In this document: positions 60,440 through 64,000 of the stretch, in pieces
Position numbering within the stretch: the first letter of the stretch is position 1
How the letters are laid out: every line of letters starts with the position of its first letter
NCBI GenBank assembly: GCA_964016885.1
Contig: OZ024741.1
Location: 35,092,001-35,156,000 of the forward strand
From: Eledone cirrhosa
Taxonomy: Eukaryota
Direction: 5' to 3'
Length of the DNA: 64,000 nt
Translations under genes and position numbers: made by a program
The notes under the pieces: generated by a model
Told to the model about the DNA's origin: nothing
The model's database searches: none
What the model saw: only the letters and a program-made list of their open reading frames with translations

Positions 60440-62252
60440 GTAACCGGTGAATTCTATCAGCAGGTCTCTGGGGGTAGCGATGGGAACCAGAATGGGCCCA
60501 AACTATGCCAACTTGTTTGTTGGTTACGTCGAAGCCCAGATCTTCTCCCAGTACGCTGGACCTACTCTTGAGCTATACGGTCGTTATATCAACGACTGTA
60601 TCGGCGCCACCTCTCTATCGTGAGAACAGTTCGACTGCTTTTTATCTTTTGTCCAATCTTTTCATCCCGCTCTCACTTTCACCGCCTCCTTCTCCGATTC
60701 TTCTGTCCCTTTTCTAGATATCTCTCTATCTATTAATCACTCTCACCACACCCTCTCTACTTCCATCTTCTATAAACCAACTGACTCCCAATCTTACCTC
60801 CACTTCATCTCCTTCCATCCAACCCACACCAAACACTCCATACCCTATTTCCAATTCCTCCGTCTTCGTCGGATCTGTAGCCAGGACAACGATTTCGAAA
60901 CCCATTCCCTTCACATGGCTTCTCGTTTTATCCAGCGTGGATATCCCCCCACCCTGATCCAAGCTGCTCTCACTTGCGCCGGTGAAACCGACCGTACCAC
61001 AGCTCTCTCACCTCACCAGCGCCCTCTTTACACTTGCCTTCCTTTTCCTCTCACATACCACCCATCAACCTACCACTCCGGTGACATGTACTCCGTTCCT
61101 TTCGCACCCTCTCTTCTGACCCCGTCACTTCTCGTTTTTTTTCCTAACCCACCTATTACCGCCTTCAAGCGCGCCCGTAACCCCGCGTGACCTCCTGGTA
61201 CGTAGTTCCATCTCGTCCTCTCCTACGACTCCGCCCGGCTCTCATCCATGTTCTCGTCTCCGCTGTAACACTTGTCCTTTCATTTCCACCCTCACCACTC
61301 TCACAGGCCCTAACGGGTGATTCCGTATCCGTCTCTCCTTCAACTGCACCTCCACCCACGTTGTCTATGCCCTCCGGTGTTCCCTTTGCGGGTCTTTATA
61401 CATCGGACAAACGGGACGCCGTTTGGCGGACCGTTTTGCTGAATATTTGAGGGACATACGACTCGGTTTAGATACTCCCGTCGCCTGTCATTTCCGTTCT
61501 CCTGATCACTCTTCCCTACATGTCTCAGTCCCGGGTGTCCTTTTACATCACGGATCACAGGCCTCGCGCACCAGAACTGAACAGCGTCTGATTTACCGCC
61601 TTGGGTCCTGTTACCCTCATGGACTCAACCCCCCTCCCCATGTTCTTTAATACCCTGTCCGTTATCATACACGTGCTTGTACATTCACCCTTAGATTCCT
61701 ATGGCTCTCTTATGGTCAGAGACATATACTCTTTCAGCTGATACAGACCAACAAAATACGCACTCTCCACTTTTCCCTTCACAGCTCTTTATGCAAACAC
61801 ACCCTTATATTAACATACTTTTACTCATAGCTTCGTACTTTTTACTTACAGATACACACACATATCCTCTTAGCTTCGTACGGACGTATAATAACACACA
61901 CATACATGCACACACACACACGCATGCGCGCGCGCATAAGTATAGCTCTTTATACAAAACGTTTTTCTTTTTCCATTTCAGGTAGCCGCGCTCCATCACC
62001 CACTTTTCTAAAAAAAAAATATCATACACAAAACGCCAGCATCAACAGTTTTGTAAGAGATGTCAACATGAATCGATCTGTCATATTTTCTAAAAACATT
62101 TTTTCCAATTCTATCTAATTTCTCATTCTTTCTTCTAATGAAGGACTAACGTCAGAAACGTTGAGGCCCTCTTCCTGCTATTTCAAGTGTTAACCAAATA
62201 TATTCCTTCCGTATACTGTACTGATTGTGTTGTTATTTCTGTTTACCTTTTA
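60440..62252 (+). mobile_element. Neptune-type Penelope-like element, disrupted
   Basis: MGTRMGPNYANLF, RYINDC, YKPTD..YL..HP, FLRLRRICS, YIGQTGR...DRFAEY, P.GLN; degenerate minimal HHR ctaatgaagg...gaaacgtt at 62135-62162. Confidence 0.88.
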
Positions 62253-62267
62253 CATGCATACATACAT

Positions 62268-62692
62268 ATCACCTTCAGATTTATTCCTGTGATTATTGGG
62301 GCACTGGGGTATGTTAGTAACTGCCTCAATACAAATCTTTAGAAGCTAGGCTTCACAGGAACAGAAAGAACACAACTAGTTAGGAAATTACAAGTACAAT
62401 CCATTAATGGAACAGTAAATATATGTAAAACATTCCAGAAATGTTGCATCTAATAACTGCATATAGACATGTACAGATGCAAATCATATACACATGCACA
62501 CATACAACTCAAAACATCCACATCCACACATACAATAACATCCATATCTACACATGCATGCATACATACATGCATACATATCTACCTACTTGATGTTGTG
62601 TAAATTCCAATGAGAGAGTCTTGTGTCTATGTTGGAAACCAACTCTCTCTCTATTGGTAAAACTTTGTGAAATTATAAAACCAGAAGAACAT
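62268..62692 (+). mobile_element. R4-like LINE 3' end, family of 12670-14170
   Basis: Matches the reverse complement of 12670-13095; (CATA)n on both sides. Confidence 0.8.
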
Positions 62693-62705
62693 ACATACAT
62701 ACATA

Positions 62706-63318
62706 CATGGTGGCTGCCAACTCGTTTTCGAGTACGGCCACTACTTTATATCCATGTAGGAGAACCCCTACTGATGCGCTGAACGAGTGTGACTTCTTAG
62801 TCCAGCCAGCGACTTGAAAACTCTGGTACAAACACTACACTTGTGACAATTATTGACACATAGTGCTGGGCCCATGGTACCATGTGACGACAAGTGCAGA
62901 GAGATCTCCAGATATAAAGCAATGCCTGTGCCGTGAAGCTTTTATAGTGAGCAAAGGCACTGCACAAAGCCAGTCCCACTCTCTTAACCAAGATGATATT
63001 TACCAAAAAGAAGAACAAGTCAACATCATTGGATACCATCAGGGTTGCAGGTGTTATATCAGAGTTTTCCTTCTCCTAGAATTCTGCCTTGACAAAGGCT
63101 AAGGGGTCATCTCTCCCGGTGATTTTGGATGGCCATTGACTCTTAGGAGCTCCTTTGCCCTTTGACAGGTTTTGTTTTTAGTCCTGCAGGATGTCCAAAG
63201 TCACCCTCCTCACCAAGAAACCTTGGTGGGGTTGCCAGTTTAGTGGCCAACGACCCGACCATGGGATAGGTTGTACTGGGATACATGTTACCAGTAGCAC
63301 CAATTGGTGACCTGACAT
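62706..63318 (-). mobile_element. Short RTE-derived non-autonomous element
   Basis: RTE-like 3' C2H2 end joined to a 5'-UTR-like block without RT; parts repeated at 18665-19258 and 33424-33632. Confidence 0.6.
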
Positions 63319-63431
63319 ACATTGGTGACCTGACATACATACATACATACATACATACATACATACATACATACATACATACATACATACATACATACAT
63401 ACATACATACATACATACATACATACATACA

Positions 63432-63737
63432 TTCTTATATAAAATGTTAGATAAAAATAAACACATCAAAATAAATAGTTTTATATTGTAGAACCAAGTA
63501 CAGTTTCAGGCAGTTTGGTATCAAAAGTGGCCAATGAAAGTATTCGCCAACATTGATGTTTGAGATGGGCACAAAGCTATATATTTTGGTGGATAGATTA
63601 GATGTCGCCCCATCAATGTTGGTGAATACTTTCATTGGCCACGTTTGATACCAAACTGCCCGAAACTGTAATTGGTTCTACAATATAAAACTATTTATTT
63701 TGATGTGTTTATTTTTATCTAAAATTTTATATAAGAA
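63432..63737. repeat. ~125-bp imperfect inverted repeat with ~50-bp spacer
   Basis: 63432-63558 inverted to 63611-63737. Confidence 0.85.
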
Positions 63738-64000
63738 CTTTTATTACAATTTTATAAAAGCACCTTTGTTTAGTTATGTTTCAAACACCAGCTTAATAAT
63801 GATAAAGTTAGTTATATTACTAAATCTCTTCAAATTCTTTATTATTTTCAAAATGATATGAAAGTTTTAGTCAGTCCTGCTCAAGAATCCTCAGTCGGAT
63901 AAAACAATATTTGGCAGAAATCCCTACTTTAATATTATTAGTTAAATTTTACGGCCCTTTATGTTCTGAGTTCAAATCCCGCCGAGGTTAGCTTTGTCTT

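Overview
AT-rich, microsatellite-saturated eukaryotic intergenic or intronic DNA with no recognisable host gene. The SINE families and repeat landscape look like an octopod cephalopod (inference). Almost all of it is retroelement debris: one decayed Gypsy LTR element (4815-10228), fragments of RTE, R4-like, CR1, L1/Tx1 and CRE LINEs, a mariner relic, MITEs, more than 20 tRNA-derived SINEs and many Penelope-like elements (PLEs). The main hidden signal is RNA structure. Reading both strands by eye I find about 35 hammerhead-ribozyme (HHR) motifs from roughly a dozen unrelated families, in terminal or inverted repeats next to (TA)n tracts. They include a non-coding 527-nt retrozyme-like tandem unit. 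Most unusually, two divergent families (274-341 +, 40047-40109 -, plus a truncated copy at 25221-25255 -) carry the three hammerhead core strands in a non-circularly permuted, pseudoknotted order, with compensatory base changes. All structures were paired manually and none is experimentally or computationally verified.
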